Origin: Actinomycetes bacterium
GTDB taxonomy: Bacteria > Actinomycetota > Actinomycetes > Actinomycetales > Microbacteriaceae
DNA: 64,000 nt
Direction: 5' to 3'
NCBI GenBank assembly: GCA_029777095.1
Contig: JAKOTS010000032.1
Span: 135,039 to 199,038 of the forward strand
Under the pieces are notes generated by a model. The model saw nothing but the letters and a program-made list of their open reading frames with translations, was not told where the DNA came from and searched no databases. This document shows, piece after piece, positions 21,609 through 31,997 of this stretch; positions within the stretch are counted from its first letter, which is position 1, and every line of letters begins with the position of its first letter. Position numbers and translations under genes: made by a program.

Positions 21609-23579
21609 CTATCGCACCTGCGCGCTGATGACGCTCATCACCGAGGTGTCGGCCAGCGTCGTCGTGTCGCCAACTTCGCGGCCCTCGGCCACGTCTTTGA
21701 GCAGGCGGCGCATGATCTTGCCCGAACGGGTCTTCGGAAGCTCCTCCACGATGTAGACATCGCGCGGCCGTGCGATCGGGCCGATCTGCTCGCCGACCCA
21801 CAGGCGCAGCTCCTGCGCTAGGCCTTCGATCGAGTGCTCGGCGAGGTAGCTCTCCTTGATGATCACGAACGCCGCGACTGCCTGGCCGGTGGTCTCGTCG
21901 GCGGCGCCGACAACGGCGGCCTCGGCGACGGCCTCGTTTGCGACGAGCGCAGATTCGATCTCGGTGGTCGAGAGGCGGTGGCCCGACACGTTCATCACGT
22001 CGTCGACGCGGCCGAGCAACCAGACATCGCCGTCCTCATCGAGGCGGGCGCCGTCGCCGGCGAAGTAATAGCCCTTGTCGGCGAACTTCTCCCAGTACGT
22101 TTCGACGAAGCGATCCGGGTCTCCCCAGATGCCGCGCAGCATGGCGGGCCACGGCTCGGTGATCACGAGGAGGCCACCGTTGCCGTTGCCGACGTGCTCG
22201 CCCTGCTCGTCGACGACGTCGAGCGAGATGCCCGGGATCGGCACCTGCGCGGAACCGGGCTTGGTCTCGGCGACACCGGGGAGCACCGAGATCATCATCG
22301 CGCCCGTCTCGGTCTGCCACCACGTGTCGATGATCGGCGTCTTCTTACCGCCGATCACCTTGCGGTACCACATCCATGCCTCGGGGTTGATTGGTTCGCC
22401 CACCGAGCCGAGCAGTCGCAGCGACGACAGGTCGTACTGCTTCGGAATCTTGCGGCCCGTCTTCATGAACGAGCGAATCGCGGTCGGCGCGGCGTACAGC
22501 GTCGTGACGCCGTACTTCTGGATGATGTCCCACCAGCGGCCCGGGTGCGGGGTGTCTGGCGTGCCCTCGTACATCACCTGCGTGGCGCCGTTCGAGAGCG
22601 GCGCGTACGTGACGTAGGTGTGACCGGTCACCCAGCCGATGTCGGCGGTGCACCAGAACACATCGGTTTCGGGGTGGAGGTCGTGCGCGACCCGGTTCGT
22701 GAATGTGGCCTGGGTGAGGTATCCACCCGACGTGTGCAAGATGCCCTTCGGCTTGCCCGTCGTGCCCGACGTATAAAGAATGAACAGCGGGTTCTCTGAG
22801 GGGAACGCTTCGTATTGGTGAACATTGGATGCCGCGGGCACCACGTCGTGCCACCACAGGTCGCGACCCTCGGTCCACTCGACCTCGTTGCCGCCGCGCT
22901 TGACGACGATCACGTGCTCGACCGTGCCCTGCTCGCCCATACCGTTGTGGTCGGCGAGGGCCAGGTCGACGGCCGGCTTGAGGGCCGAAACCTTGCCCTT
23001 GCGATATCCGCCATCGGCCGTGATGACGACCTTCGCGCCGGCATCGTCGATGCGCGAACGCAGGCTGTCGGCCGAGAACCCGCCGAAGACCACGGAATGG
23101 ATCGCGCCGAGGCGCGCAACCGCGAGCATCGCGGCGATGGCCTCGGGAATCATCGGCATATAGATTGCGACGCGGTCGCCCTGGACGATGCCCAGGTCGG
23201 TGAGCACATTGGCGAGGCGCTTGACCTCGTCGGTCATCTCGGCATATGTGACGCGGCGCTCGTCGCCGTTTTCGCCCTCCCACAGCAGCGCGACGCGCTC
23301 GCCGTTGCCCGCTTCAACGTGGCGATCGAGGCAGTTATATGCGACGTTCAGCTCTCCGTCGGCAAACCACTTCGCGAACGGCGGGTTACTCCAGTCGAGC
23401 GTCTGCGTGAACGGCTTGTCCCAGTGCAGGAGCGTGCGAGCCTGGTTCGCCCAGAACTCGAGACGGTCGGCCGCCGCTTCCTCGAAGAGTTCGGGTGTGC
23501 CCACGGCCTGGGCAACGAACTTCTTCTTTGGCGCAAAACGCCGAGTTTCGTTGAGGAGGTGGTCAATTTGCGTGCTCAT
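21609..23579 (-). CDS. acs: Acetate-CoA ligase
   Basis: YTSGTTGKPKG, WCTADIGWVTGH, SVGEPINP, DTWWQTETG, GRVDDVMNVSGHRL, PKTRSGKIMRR; AAAGGAG SD. Confidence 0.97.
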   Translation of the reverse strand: MSTQIDHLLNETRRFAPKKKFVAQAVGTPELFEEAAADRLEFWANQARTLLHWDKPFTQTLDWSNPPFAKWFADGELNVAYNCLDRHVEAGNGERVALLWEGENGDERRVTYAEMTDEVKRLANVLTDLGIVQGDRVAIYMPMIPEAIAAMLAVARLGAIHSVVFGGFSADSLRSRIDDAGAKVVITADGGYRKGKVSALKPAVDLALADHNGMGEQGTVEHVIVVKRGGNEVEWTEGRDLWWHDVVPAASNVHQYEAFPSENPLFILYTSGTTGKPKGILHTSGGYLTQATFTNRVAHDLHPETDVFWCTADIGWVTGHTYVTYAPLSNGATQVMYEGTPDTPHPGRWWDIIQKYGVTTLYAAPTAIRSFMKTGRKIPKQYDLSSLRLLGSVGEPINPEAWMWYRKVIGGKKTPIIDTWWQTETGAMMISVLPGVAETKPGSAQVPIPGISLDVVDEQGEHVGNGNGGLLVITEPWPAMLRGIWGDPDRFVETYWEKFADKGYYFAGDGARLDEDGDVWLLGRVDDVMNVSGHRLSTTEIESALVANEAVAEAAVVGAADETTGQAVAAFVIIKESYLAEHSIEGLAQELRLWVGEQIGPIARPRDVYIVEELPKTRSGKIMRRLLKDVAEGREVGDTTTLADTSVMSVISAQVR

Positions 23580-23961
23580 GCGGTCTTACGCTCCTTTGCG
23601 ACGTCTCCGGGGTCGAGCTTCATTGTGAGACGTTCCCAAATCTACTCCAGGGATTCGGGTCCGTCTTGTGAGCACAAAACAATGATTTGCTGGGTGGCCA
23701 AAGTTGCGTATGCTCAAGCTCGGCCGAATATTCGATTCTGGCATCGTGACGTCCAGGTCACCCCCCTGATATGGGCGTCACATTGTGTGGCGGCATCCGA
23801 TTCCCCCCGTCGGATGCCGCCACTTCTTTTTGGCACTGGTGCGCCCTCGTTTGTGGGGCCGGGGTGCGACTGCTCGTCCACATGAAGCGCGGTGGATGCC
23901 GGCATCCACCGCAGGCGCTTTCGCACGGTGCTCCGCGGCGCCGGGCCCATAGCGTCGCCTC

Positions 23962-25152
23962 ATGACTTCAGTGTTCGTGCCGGTGCCTCGGGCCAGATCG
24001 GCGCCTGTGGCGCCTGTGGTGTCGGTTGCGGGGCCGGCGCACCGGTTCGCCGATCTCGCGGCCGCAGCGCCCATGGCACACGCAACCGACCCTGTCGCGG
24101 GCGCCGTCGCGCAGACCATCGACCCAGCGTTCACGCCGGTCCGGCGGGCACACGGCCCGGCGTTCTCAAGCCCTGCCTTCCCGACCGAGGCGTTCTCGAG
24201 ACCTGCGCCGCGGGTCTGGCGAGAAGAATTGGGTGCGCTCGCACCGTTCGCCACCGATCCCGCCGTCACCGACCTCTTTGTTAACGGCGAACAGGGGCTT
24301 TTCGTCGACCGCGGAGACGGCCCGGTGCGCGAACCGTCGTGGCAGGCCGACGAGGCTGAGGTGCGTGCGCTGGCCGTCGCGCTGATCTCGCGCGGCGGGC
24401 GACACGTCGACGAGGCGAGCCCGTGCGTTGACGTGCGGCTTGCCGAAGGCGCGCGTGTGCACGCCGTCCTGCCGCCTATAGCTCGGCATGGCACCACGAT
24501 CTCGGTGCGGGTCCCGCGGCTCGGGCGGCCGCACCTCGCCGATCTTGCCGCACGGGGAATGTTTGGTGGCGAGGTCGCAATGTATGAGTGGGTGCAGACA
24601 CAGGTTCGCGCGCGCACGAACGTGCTGATCTCTGGCGCCGCGGGTGCGGGCAAGACCACGCTTTTGGCGGCGATGTTGGCTGCGGCATCCGCCAACGAAC
24701 GCATCGTGACGATCGAAGACGTCGCCGAACTGCGGATCGATCACCCACACCACGTGTCGCTCGAGGCCCGCCAGTCGAACATCGAAGGTGCGGGCGAAAT
24801 CAGTCTCGCGAGGCTGGTGCGCGAGGCGCTGCGGATGCGCCCCGACCGGCTTGTGGTGGGCGAGTGCCGCGGGGCGGAGGTGCGCGAGCTGCTTTCGGCG
24901 CTCAACACTGGTCATTCCGGTGGTGCGGGCACGGTGCACGCAAACGGGCTGGCCGAGGTGCCCGCGCGGTTGGAGGCACTGGGCGCGCTGTGCGGACTGA
25001 GCGATCACGCTCTTGCGCGCCAAGCGGTCAGCGCGATCGGACTCGTGCTGCACGTCGAGCGCACTGACGCCGGGCACCTGCTCGCCGAGGTGGGCGTGCT
25101 CGACGTTCGTGACGGGCGCCTCGCAGTGACTGAGACGCGGCCATGGCAGTGA
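23962..25152 (+). CDS. tadA: TadA/CpaF-family pilus assembly ATPase
   Basis: SGAAGAGKTT Walker A, IEDVAEL, LRMRPDRLVVGECRG, LNTGHSG...TVHAN. Confidence 0.92.
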   Translation: MTSVFVPVPRARSAPVAPVVSVAGPAHRFADLAAAAPMAHATDPVAGAVAQTIDPAFTPVRRAHGPAFSSPAFPTEAFSRPAPRVWREELGALAPFATDPAVTDLFVNGEQGLFVDRGDGPVREPSWQADEAEVRALAVALISRGGRHVDEASPCVDVRLAEGARVHAVLPPIARHGTTISVRVPRLGRPHLADLAARGMFGGEVAMYEWVQTQVRARTNVLISGAAGAGKTTLLAAMLAAASANERIVTIEDVAELRIDHPHHVSLEARQSNIEGAGEISLARLVREALRMRPDRLVVGECRGAEVRELLSALNTGHSGGAGTVHANGLAEVPARLEALGALCGLSDHALARQAVSAIGLVLHVERTDAGHLLAEVGVLDVRDGRLAVTETRPWQ

Positions 25153-26111
25153 CGGCGACGGTGAAGGGCGCGCGCGGCGGTCGACGCCACGCAGAAGGCG
25201 CATCGGCCGCGGCGATGGCCGACACCGTGCAGCAACTTGCCGCGCTGTTGCAAGCGGGTGCGGCGCCGGCGGCGGCCTGGCGGCACCTCGCGGCCTCCGG
25301 CCTGGCACCAGAAGCGGCACCGGTCAGCGCGGCGATCGAGCGCGGCGCCAACATTCCGGTCGCGCTCCGTGCGCAGGGTGCGGCTTGGGCGGGCCTCGCC
25401 GCCGCGTGGAACCTGGCCGAGACGGTTGGCGCGCCGCTGGCCGGGGCGCTGCGCAACTATGCGGCCGCGGCGCGTGAGGGCGCACAAACCGCCGACGATG
25501 TTCGGGTCGCGCTCAGCGAACCCGCCTCGACTGCGCGCCTCATGTCGTGGTTGCCACCGCTCGGGCTGGCGCTCGGCCTCGCGCTGGGCTTCGATCCGAT
25601 CGGTGCGCTTCTGGCTGGGCCATTGGGGTGGGGATGCCTCGCCTTCGGCCTCGCCCTTATTTACACGGCGCGCAGGTGGACCGCGAAACTCGTGCGGCGG
25701 GCACAGACTCCACCGGGAATCCCGGGGCTCTATGCCGAGCTCCTTGCCGTCGCGCTCGGGGGAGGGGCGTCAATAGACCGCGCGCGGGCGCTCACTGACG
25801 CGGCCATTGCGGAGGGCGAAGAGGGTGCAGAAGGCGCTACGACCGAAACCGCACCTACGAATGCGTCCCGCGATCGCATCGACGGCATCCTCACCCTGTC
25901 GGCCAGCGCAGGCGTCCCGATCGCCGACCTGCTGCGCGCCGATGCCGAGCGCAGCCGGCGCGAGGCGCGCACGTCGGGTCGGGTGGCGGCGGCACGTCTC
26001 TCGTCGACGTTGCTCCTGCCACTCGGCGTCTGCACGCTGCCCGCATTCATGCTGCTGGGCGTCGCACCGATGGCGATCGCCGTGATGAACATGCAGGGTC
26101 TCACGCTGTGA
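25143..26111 (+). CDS. T2SSF-family Tad platform protein, apparently a TadB/TadC fusion
   Basis: Two half-domains (LLQAGAAP...ETVGAPLAGAL and LGGGAS...AGVPIADLL), TM pair in the middle, C-terminal LLLPLGVCTLPAFMLLGVAP. Confidence 0.8.
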   Translation: MAVTATVKGARGGRRHAEGASAAAMADTVQQLAALLQAGAAPAAAWRHLAASGLAPEAAPVSAAIERGANIPVALRAQGAAWAGLAAAWNLAETVGAPLAGALRNYAAAAREGAQTADDVRVALSEPASTARLMSWLPPLGLALGLALGFDPIGALLAGPLGWGCLAFGLALIYTARRWTAKLVRRAQTPPGIPGLYAELLAVALGGGASIDRARALTDAAIAEGEEGAEGATTETAPTNASRDRIDGILTLSASAGVPIADLLRADAERSRREARTSGRVAAARLSSTLLLPLGVCTLPAFMLLGVAPMAIAVMNMQGLTL

Positions 26112-26172
26112 CCGGCTGTGGCCCGACCCCAACGCGGGGGAATGCCCCGCACCCAACGAAAGGAACACCACC

Positions 26173-26367
26173 ATGTCGAATTTCCGAACCACCATCGCCC
26201 ATGCCCGCGCGGTCTTGCGTGACGACACCGGCGCCGCGACCGCAGAATACGCGATCGCCACGATGGCGGCCGTGGCATTCGCGAGCCTCCTCGTCGTCAT
26301 CATGCGCAGCGACGAGGTCCGCGGCATCCTCACCGACCTCGTTCGCAGGGCGCTCACGGTCGAATGA
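26173..26367 (+). CDS. Flp-type pilin (DUF4244-like)
   Basis: 64 aa; DDTG|AATAEYA prepilin cleavage motif followed by a hydrophobic helix. Confidence 0.85.
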   Translation: MSNFRTTIAHARAVLRDDTGAATAEYAIATMAAVAFASLLVVIMRSDEVRGILTDLVRRALTVE

Positions 26368-26765
26368 TGCGGCCGCGTCGACGCGCACTGGTCGACCGCA
26401 CGTTCGCGCTCCTGCGCGGCGACGAGGGCATGGTTGTCGCGGAGTTCGCGATCACCCTCCCCGCCGTCGTGCTGCTCCTGGCCGTTGTGCTCGGGAGCGC
26501 GGGGGTGGGGGCGCAGCACGTGCAGGTTCAGGATGCCGCGGCCAACGCCGCCCGCATGCTTGGCCGGGGCGAACCAGCGTCGGCCGCGCTCGCACTGGCC
26601 ACCCGGGTGGTGCGGGCACCCTCGCTCGACATCGACCGCGCTGAGGGCTTGGTCTGCGTCACGCTGCGCGCACCCGCGCGCATCATCGTGACGTTGCCCG
26701 TTGTGCAGGTGCGCGGCTACGCCTGCGCGCTCGACGACGGGCTGTCGGGTGACATCGCGCGGTGA
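26364..26765 (+). CDS. TadE-like pseudopilin
   Basis: DEG|MVVAEFAITLP motif, TM helix, QDAAANAAR. Confidence 0.8.
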   Translation: MMRPRRRALVDRTFALLRGDEGMVVAEFAITLPAVVLLLAVVLGSAGVGAQHVQVQDAAANAARMLGRGEPASAALALATRVVRAPSLDIDRAEGLVCVTLRAPARIIVTLPVVQVRGYACALDDGLSGDIAR

Positions 26766-26806
26766 GGCGCCCGAACTGCGAAAACGCCACAGATGAGGAG
26801 CAAAAC

Positions 26807-27133
26807 ATGGCGGGCACAGTACTTGCCGCGGCGATCCTGGTGGTCGCCGGCACGGGCGCCATCGGAATGGGGATGGTCGCTGGTGCCGCGGGCGTCTCGC
26901 AGACGGCCTCGGGTGCCGCCGACAACGCGGCCCTGGCCGCCGCAGATGTCGCGATGGGGTTGGTGTCGGGCGATCCGTGTGCCGTGGCATCCCGAATCGT
27001 TCAAGCAACGGGCGCACGCCTTGCCCAGTGCCAGGTGAGCGACGACTCGGCAGGGGTGGCCGTCACGGTCGTTGTCGATACCCGATTCGGCGCGTTTCCT
27101 GTGCGCGTCACGGCGCGTGCTGGCAACGCCTGA
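26807..27133 (+). CDS. Rv3654c-like TadE/TadF-type pseudopilin
   Basis: N-terminal hydrophobic helix, AADNAALAAA, PCAVA...CQV, C-terminal ARAG; GAGGAG SD. Confidence 0.75.
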   Translation: MAGTVLAAAILVVAGTGAIGMGMVAGAAGVSQTASGAADNAALAAADVAMGLVSGDPCAVASRIVQATGARLAQCQVSDDSAGVAVTVVVDTRFGAFPVRVTARAGNA

Positions 27134-27231
27134 TTGTGATCGTGGATGTTTGGGTCCAGAATTCTCCCAGCAAGTGGGCAAGCAGGACCTTGACGCGGTG
27201 TGTATGGTGTGCAACGAACGAAAGGACGGAT

Positions 27232-30150
27232 GTGGCCAGCACTAAGAAGCTTGTCATCGTGGAGTCACCAACCAAGATGCAGTCGATCCAGGCATACCTC
27301 GGAGACGGCTATGAGGTACTCAGCTCGGTGGGGCACATTCGCGACCTTCCAGAACCGCGCGAAATGCCGGCCGAGATGAAGAAGGGCCCGTTTGGGCGCT
27401 TCGCAGTCAACGTCGACGATGGATTCGAGCCCTATTACGAGCTCTCCAGCGACCGCGCTCGCCGCACCGTCACCGAGTTGAAGCGTGCGCTGAAAAACGC
27501 CGACGAACTCCTGCTCGCGACTGATGAGGACCGCGAAGGTGAGGCCATTGCCTGGCACCTGCGCGAAGTTCTCAAGCCCAAGGTCCCTGTCAAGCGCATG
27601 GTGTTCCACGAGATCACCGAAGATGCGATTCGTGCCGCCGTCGAGAAGACGCGCGACCTCGATTTGAACCTCGTCGACGCACAAGAAACCCGCCGCATCC
27701 TTGACCGGCTCTTCGGCTTCGAGGTTTCGCCGGTGCTGTGGCGCAAGGTCTCGCAGGGCCTCTCTGCGGGCCGTGTGCAGTCGCCCGCGATCCGTCTGAT
27801 TGTCGAGCGCGAGCGCGAGCGCATCGCGTTTGTGTCTGCCTCGTACTGGGACATCTCGACCCTCGCCGTCGCCAGCGCCTCGTCGTTCCCGGCGCGGCTC
27901 GCTCGCGTTGATGGCCGCGGCATCGCTCGCGGCGCCGACTTCGACGACAACGGTGCGCTCAAGCGCGATGTCGTTGCGCTCGATGAAGCAGCGGCCCGCG
28001 CGCTCGCCGCGGCCCTCGAAGCTGCCGGAACCGCGACCGTGAACGCGGTCGAGGCGAAGCCGCAAACCCGTCGCCCCGCCGCACCGTTTACGACCTCGAC
28101 GCTGCAGCAGGAGGCGAGCCGCAAGCTCGGCTTCACCTCGAAGCAGACCATGTCGGTGGCGCAGTCGCTCTACGAGCACGGCTACATCACTTATATGCGA
28201 ACCGACTCGTCGTCGCTCAGCACGCAGGCCATCAACGCGGCCCGCACGCAGGCCGTTGAACTTTACGGCGCCGACTCGATTCCTGAAAAGCCCCGCACCT
28301 ACGCCAGCAAGAGCAAGAACGCGCAGGAAGCGCACGAGGCGGTGCGCCCCTCGGGCGAGCACTTCCGCACGCCCGCATCACTCGCCGGCTCGTTGCATGG
28401 TGGCGAGGCGCGCCTCTACGACCTGATTTGGAAGCGCACCGTCGCCAGCCAGATGGCTGACGCCAAGGTCGAGACCACGACCGTGACGCTGCGCACCGAA
28501 GCAGATGGCAAGACCGTCGACTTCACTGCCTCCGGCACCGTTGTCACCTTCGCGGGGTTCCTCGCCGCGTATGAAGAGGGCAAGGACGAAAAGCGCGGCG
28601 ACGCCGACCAGGCCGCCGATGTGAAGCTTCCCGCACTCCAGGTTGGCGCAACCGTGCAGCTGACCGAGCTCGAGCCCAAGGGTCACGCGACCACCCCACG
28701 CGCCCGCTTCACTGAAGCAACCCTCGTCAAGGCGCTTGAAGAGAAGGGGATCGGCCGACCGTCGACCTTCTCGTCGATCATCGACACCATTCTCGGCCGC
28801 TATGTGAGCAAGCGCGGCCAGGCACTCGTGCCGAACTGGAAGGCCTTCAGCGTCGTCAAGCTGCTCGAAGACCACTTCGGCAAGCTCGTGCAGTACGACT
28901 TCACCGCCGAGATGGAGAACGACCTCGACGAGATCGCCCGTGGCGAGCGCGGCCGGGCCGACTGGCTTCACGACTGGTACTTCGGCGCTGGCGACGAGCA
29001 GGGCCTGCGCGGCATCATCGAAAATCTCGGCGATATCGATGCGCGCGAGATCAACTCGATTCCCATCACACCCGGCATCACGCTGCGCGTGGGCAAGTAC
29101 GGCCCGTTCCTCGAAGTTGTCGATCTCGACGACCCCGAAGCGAAGCCGCGTAACGTCAACGTGCCTGAAGAGCTCGCACCTGACGAGCTCACGCCCGAGA
29201 AGGCGCGTGAGCTCGCCGACGCGCCCGTGATCACCGACCGAGTCCTGGGTGAAAACCCCGAGACGGGCAAGGTCGTGCTGGTGAAGAAGGGGCGCTTTGG
29301 TCCCTACGTCACAGAGGCCGACCCCGAAGAGCCTGTCGCCGTTGACCCGGCAACGGGTGAGGTGTTGGCGTCGGTGCAGGCTGAGACATCCGCCGTGATC
29401 GAAGAACCACCCACTGACCCCGATGCGAAGCCGGCCGCAAAAAAGCGTGCACCCGCGAAGAAGAAGGATGCCGCGCCCAAGCCCCGTACCGCCTCGCTGT
29501 TCAAAGACATGAACCCTGAGGAAGTCGACCTCGACACGGCGCTGCAGCTGCTCGATCTGCCGCGACTGGTCGGTGTCGACCCCGAATCGAATGACCCGAT
29601 TCTCGCGCAGAACGGCCGCTACGGTCCGTACCTCACGAAGGGCACCGACACCCGCTCGCTCGAGGCCGAGAGCCAGATCTTCAGCGTCGACCTCGCGACC
29701 GCACTCGATCTGTTTAGCCAGCCGAAGTACGGCGCCCGCAAGGCGTCGAGCGCGCTGAAAGAATTCGAGGCTGACCCGGTCAGCGGCAAGCCGATTCGCG
29801 TGCGCGACGGCCGATTCGGGCCGTACGTCACGGATGGCACGACAAACGTGACGATCCCTCGCGGCGAGCAGCCCGACGACATTACCTTTGAGCGCGCCGT
29901 GCAGATGCTGGCCGACAAGCGGGCGAAGCCGCCGGCAGTGAAGAAGACCGCGGCGAAGAAGGCTCCGGCCAAGAAGGCGCCGGCCAAGAAGCCCGCTGCC
30001 GCAAAGAAGGCTCCGGCTGCGAAAAAGGCGCCCGCTGCGAAAACGGCTGCCGCGAAGGCGACTGCGGCGAAGGCGACAGCCGCGAAGACCACCGCAGCAA
30101 AGAAACCCGCAGCCAAAAAGCCCGCGGCGCCCGAGGCGACGGCAGAGTGA
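27232..30150 (+). CDS. topA: DNA topoisomerase I with Lys/Ala-rich C-terminal tail
   Basis: LVIVESP, SSVGHIRDLP, ATDEDREGEAI, SAGRVQS, GYITYMRTDS, GIGRPST; repeated GRFGPYV C-terminal domains. Confidence 0.97.
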   Translation: MASTKKLVIVESPTKMQSIQAYLGDGYEVLSSVGHIRDLPEPREMPAEMKKGPFGRFAVNVDDGFEPYYELSSDRARRTVTELKRALKNADELLLATDEDREGEAIAWHLREVLKPKVPVKRMVFHEITEDAIRAAVEKTRDLDLNLVDAQETRRILDRLFGFEVSPVLWRKVSQGLSAGRVQSPAIRLIVERERERIAFVSASYWDISTLAVASASSFPARLARVDGRGIARGADFDDNGALKRDVVALDEAAARALAAALEAAGTATVNAVEAKPQTRRPAAPFTTSTLQQEASRKLGFTSKQTMSVAQSLYEHGYITYMRTDSSSLSTQAINAARTQAVELYGADSIPEKPRTYASKSKNAQEAHEAVRPSGEHFRTPASLAGSLHGGEARLYDLIWKRTVASQMADAKVETTTVTLRTEADGKTVDFTASGTVVTFAGFLAAYEEGKDEKRGDADQAADVKLPALQVGATVQLTELEPKGHATTPRARFTEATLVKALEEKGIGRPSTFSSIIDTILGRYVSKRGQALVPNWKAFSVVKLLEDHFGKLVQYDFTAEMENDLDEIARGERGRADWLHDWYFGAGDEQGLRGIIENLGDIDAREINSIPITPGITLRVGKYGPFLEVVDLDDPEAKPRNVNVPEELAPDELTPEKARELADAPVITDRVLGENPETGKVVLVKKGRFGPYVTEADPEEPVAVDPATGEVLASVQAETSAVIEEPPTDPDAKPAAKKRAPAKKKDAAPKPRTASLFKDMNPEEVDLDTALQLLDLPRLVGVDPESNDPILAQNGRYGPYLTKGTDTRSLEAESQIFSVDLATALDLFSQPKYGARKASSALKEFEADPVSGKPIRVRDGRFGPYVTDGTTNVTIPRGEQPDDITFERAVQMLADKRAKPPAVKKTAAKKAPAKKAPAKKPAAAKKAPAAKKAPAAKTAAAKATAAKATAAKTTAAKKPAAKKPAAPEATAE

Positions 30151-30821
30151 CCGGCACGCCGGACCCGGCCCCGCGCCCTGTGCGCTGGGCCGGCGAAGGA
30201 CTGTGGATCACCTTCGAAGGCGGCGACGGCGTCGGCAAGAGCACGCAGGTTGCGCTCCTTGACGAGTGGCTCCGAGAGCGCGGTCGCACGGTCGTGCACA
30301 CCCGCGAACCAGGTGGCACCCCGGTCGGCACCCTCATTCGCGAGATTGTGCTGCACCACCGGGGGCACATCGCCCCCCGAGCCGAGGCGTTGCTCTATGC
30401 GGCAGATCGCGCGCACCACGTCGCCGAACTTGTCGTTCCCTCGCTCGAGCGGGGTGAAGTTGTGCTCCAGGACCGCTACCTCGACTCATCGGTCGCCTAC
30501 CAGGGCGCGGGTCGTGTGCTCGATGCCGATGAGGTGCGTGGCATCTCGATGTGGGCCGCCGGTGGGCTTCTCCCAAACCTGACGATTCTGCTCGATCTCG
30601 ATCCCTCGGTCGCGCGGCAGCGACTCGACGGCGATGACAAGCCGTTTGATCGGCTCGAGTCCGAGCAGGAGGAGTTTCACGTGCGCGTGCGCGAGGCCTT
30701 CCTCGAGCTTGCTGCCGCCGAGCCAGATCGATTCTTTGTGTTGGATGCTGCGCTGCCGGCTGATGTGATTGCACAGCGCATTCGTGCCCGCGTCGAGGGA
30801 GAGCTCGGCTCTCGGAGTTGA
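30147..30821 (+). CDS. tmk: Thymidylate kinase
   Basis: FEGGDGVGKSTQ, TREPGG, LLYAADRAHH, DRYLDSSVAYQG. Confidence 0.96.
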   Translation: MTGTPDPAPRPVRWAGEGLWITFEGGDGVGKSTQVALLDEWLRERGRTVVHTREPGGTPVGTLIREIVLHHRGHIAPRAEALLYAADRAHHVAELVVPSLERGEVVLQDRYLDSSVAYQGAGRVLDADEVRGISMWAAGGLLPNLTILLDLDPSVARQRLDGDDKPFDRLESEQEEFHVRVREAFLELAAAEPDRFFVLDAALPADVIAQRIRARVEGELGSRS

Positions 30822-30851
30822 ATGTCGTCGGCCCCGGTTAGGCTGGATGCG

Positions 30852-31997
30852 ATGAGCGCATGGGATGCAGTCTGGGGGCAAGACGAGGCAGTCGCGACCC
30901 TGCGGGGCGCGGCCGCCCCAGATGCCGCGCGCGGCATGATGACGCACGCCTGGCTCATCACCGGGCCGGCGGGATCGGGCCGATCAACGCTTGCTTCAGC
31001 GTTCGCGGCCGAGCTGATTGCCACGTCTCCTGACGACGTCGCAACGATCGCCCAGGTGCAGGCACGGACGCATCCTGACCTCACCGCGTTGCGAACCGAC
31101 CGTGTCATCATCTCTATCGCTGAGGCCCGCGAGCTTGTGCGCGGCGCGTATTACGCGCCCTCGCTCGGGCGCCACCGTGTGATCATCGTCGAAGACGCCG
31201 ACCGCATGAGCGAGCGCACCTCGAACGTGCTCCTCAAGGCGCTCGAAGAACCGCCCGAGCGCACCGTGTGGGTGCTGTGTGCGCCGAGCGACGCCGACCT
31301 CCTCCCCACCATCCGCTCGCGGGTTCGGGTCGTGCGTTTGAATGAACCCGAAGTCGCCGACGTCGCGGGCCTCATCGTGCAGCGCACGGGCGTCGACCCC
31401 GCGCTCGCCGAGCAGTCTGCACGTCACGCACAACGACACATCGGTATGGCGCAGCGTTTGGCGACAGATGCCGATGCGCGCGCCCGCCGCGAGGCAACGG
31501 TGCGTGCGGTGCTCGATCTGCGCTCGGTGTCTGACGCGGTCGATGCGGCCGGCAAGATCATCGCGATCGCCACCGAAGACGCAAAGGCGCTGAGCGCTGA
31601 CCGCGATGTGTCGGAGCGCGAGCAGATGCGTCGCAGCATGGGGCTTGTCGAAGGGGCGCCCGTGCCGCCAGCGTTCCGTTCGCAGCTGAGCGCCCTCGAA
31701 GATGATCAGAAGCGGCGTGCCACCCGCAGCCTGCGTGACGGCATCGACCGCGTCCTCACCGACTTGCAATCAGTGTTCCGCGACATGCTGATGGTCCAAT
31801 ATGGCCGTACCGAAACGCTTATCAACACTGAGTTCCAGATCGAGATCGCCGCGGTCGGCGAAGGCTGGGGGCCCGAGCGCGCGCTCATTGCGCTCGACGC
31901 CATCGCCGCCACCCGCCGCAGTCTGCAACACAACGCCGCACCCCTCCTCGCCGTCGAAAGCATGCTCGTGACTATCGCGAGCGGAAGGACACCATGA
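30852..31997 (+). CDS. holB: DNA polymerase III subunit delta'
   Basis: HAWLITGPAGSGRS, THPD, ANxLLKxLEEP-like SNVLLKALEEPP, LLPTIRSR. TAGGCT -10 (30839-30844) 7 nt before ATG 30852. Confidence 0.93.
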   Translation: MSAWDAVWGQDEAVATLRGAAAPDAARGMMTHAWLITGPAGSGRSTLASAFAAELIATSPDDVATIAQVQARTHPDLTALRTDRVIISIAEARELVRGAYYAPSLGRHRVIIVEDADRMSERTSNVLLKALEEPPERTVWVLCAPSDADLLPTIRSRVRVVRLNEPEVADVAGLIVQRTGVDPALAEQSARHAQRHIGMAQRLATDADARARREATVRAVLDLRSVSDAVDAAGKIIAIATEDAKALSADRDVSEREQMRRSMGLVEGAPVPPAFRSQLSALEDDQKRRATRSLRDGIDRVLTDLQSVFRDMLMVQYGRTETLINTEFQIEIAAVGEGWGPERALIALDAIAATRRSLQHNAAPLLAVESMLVTIASGRTP

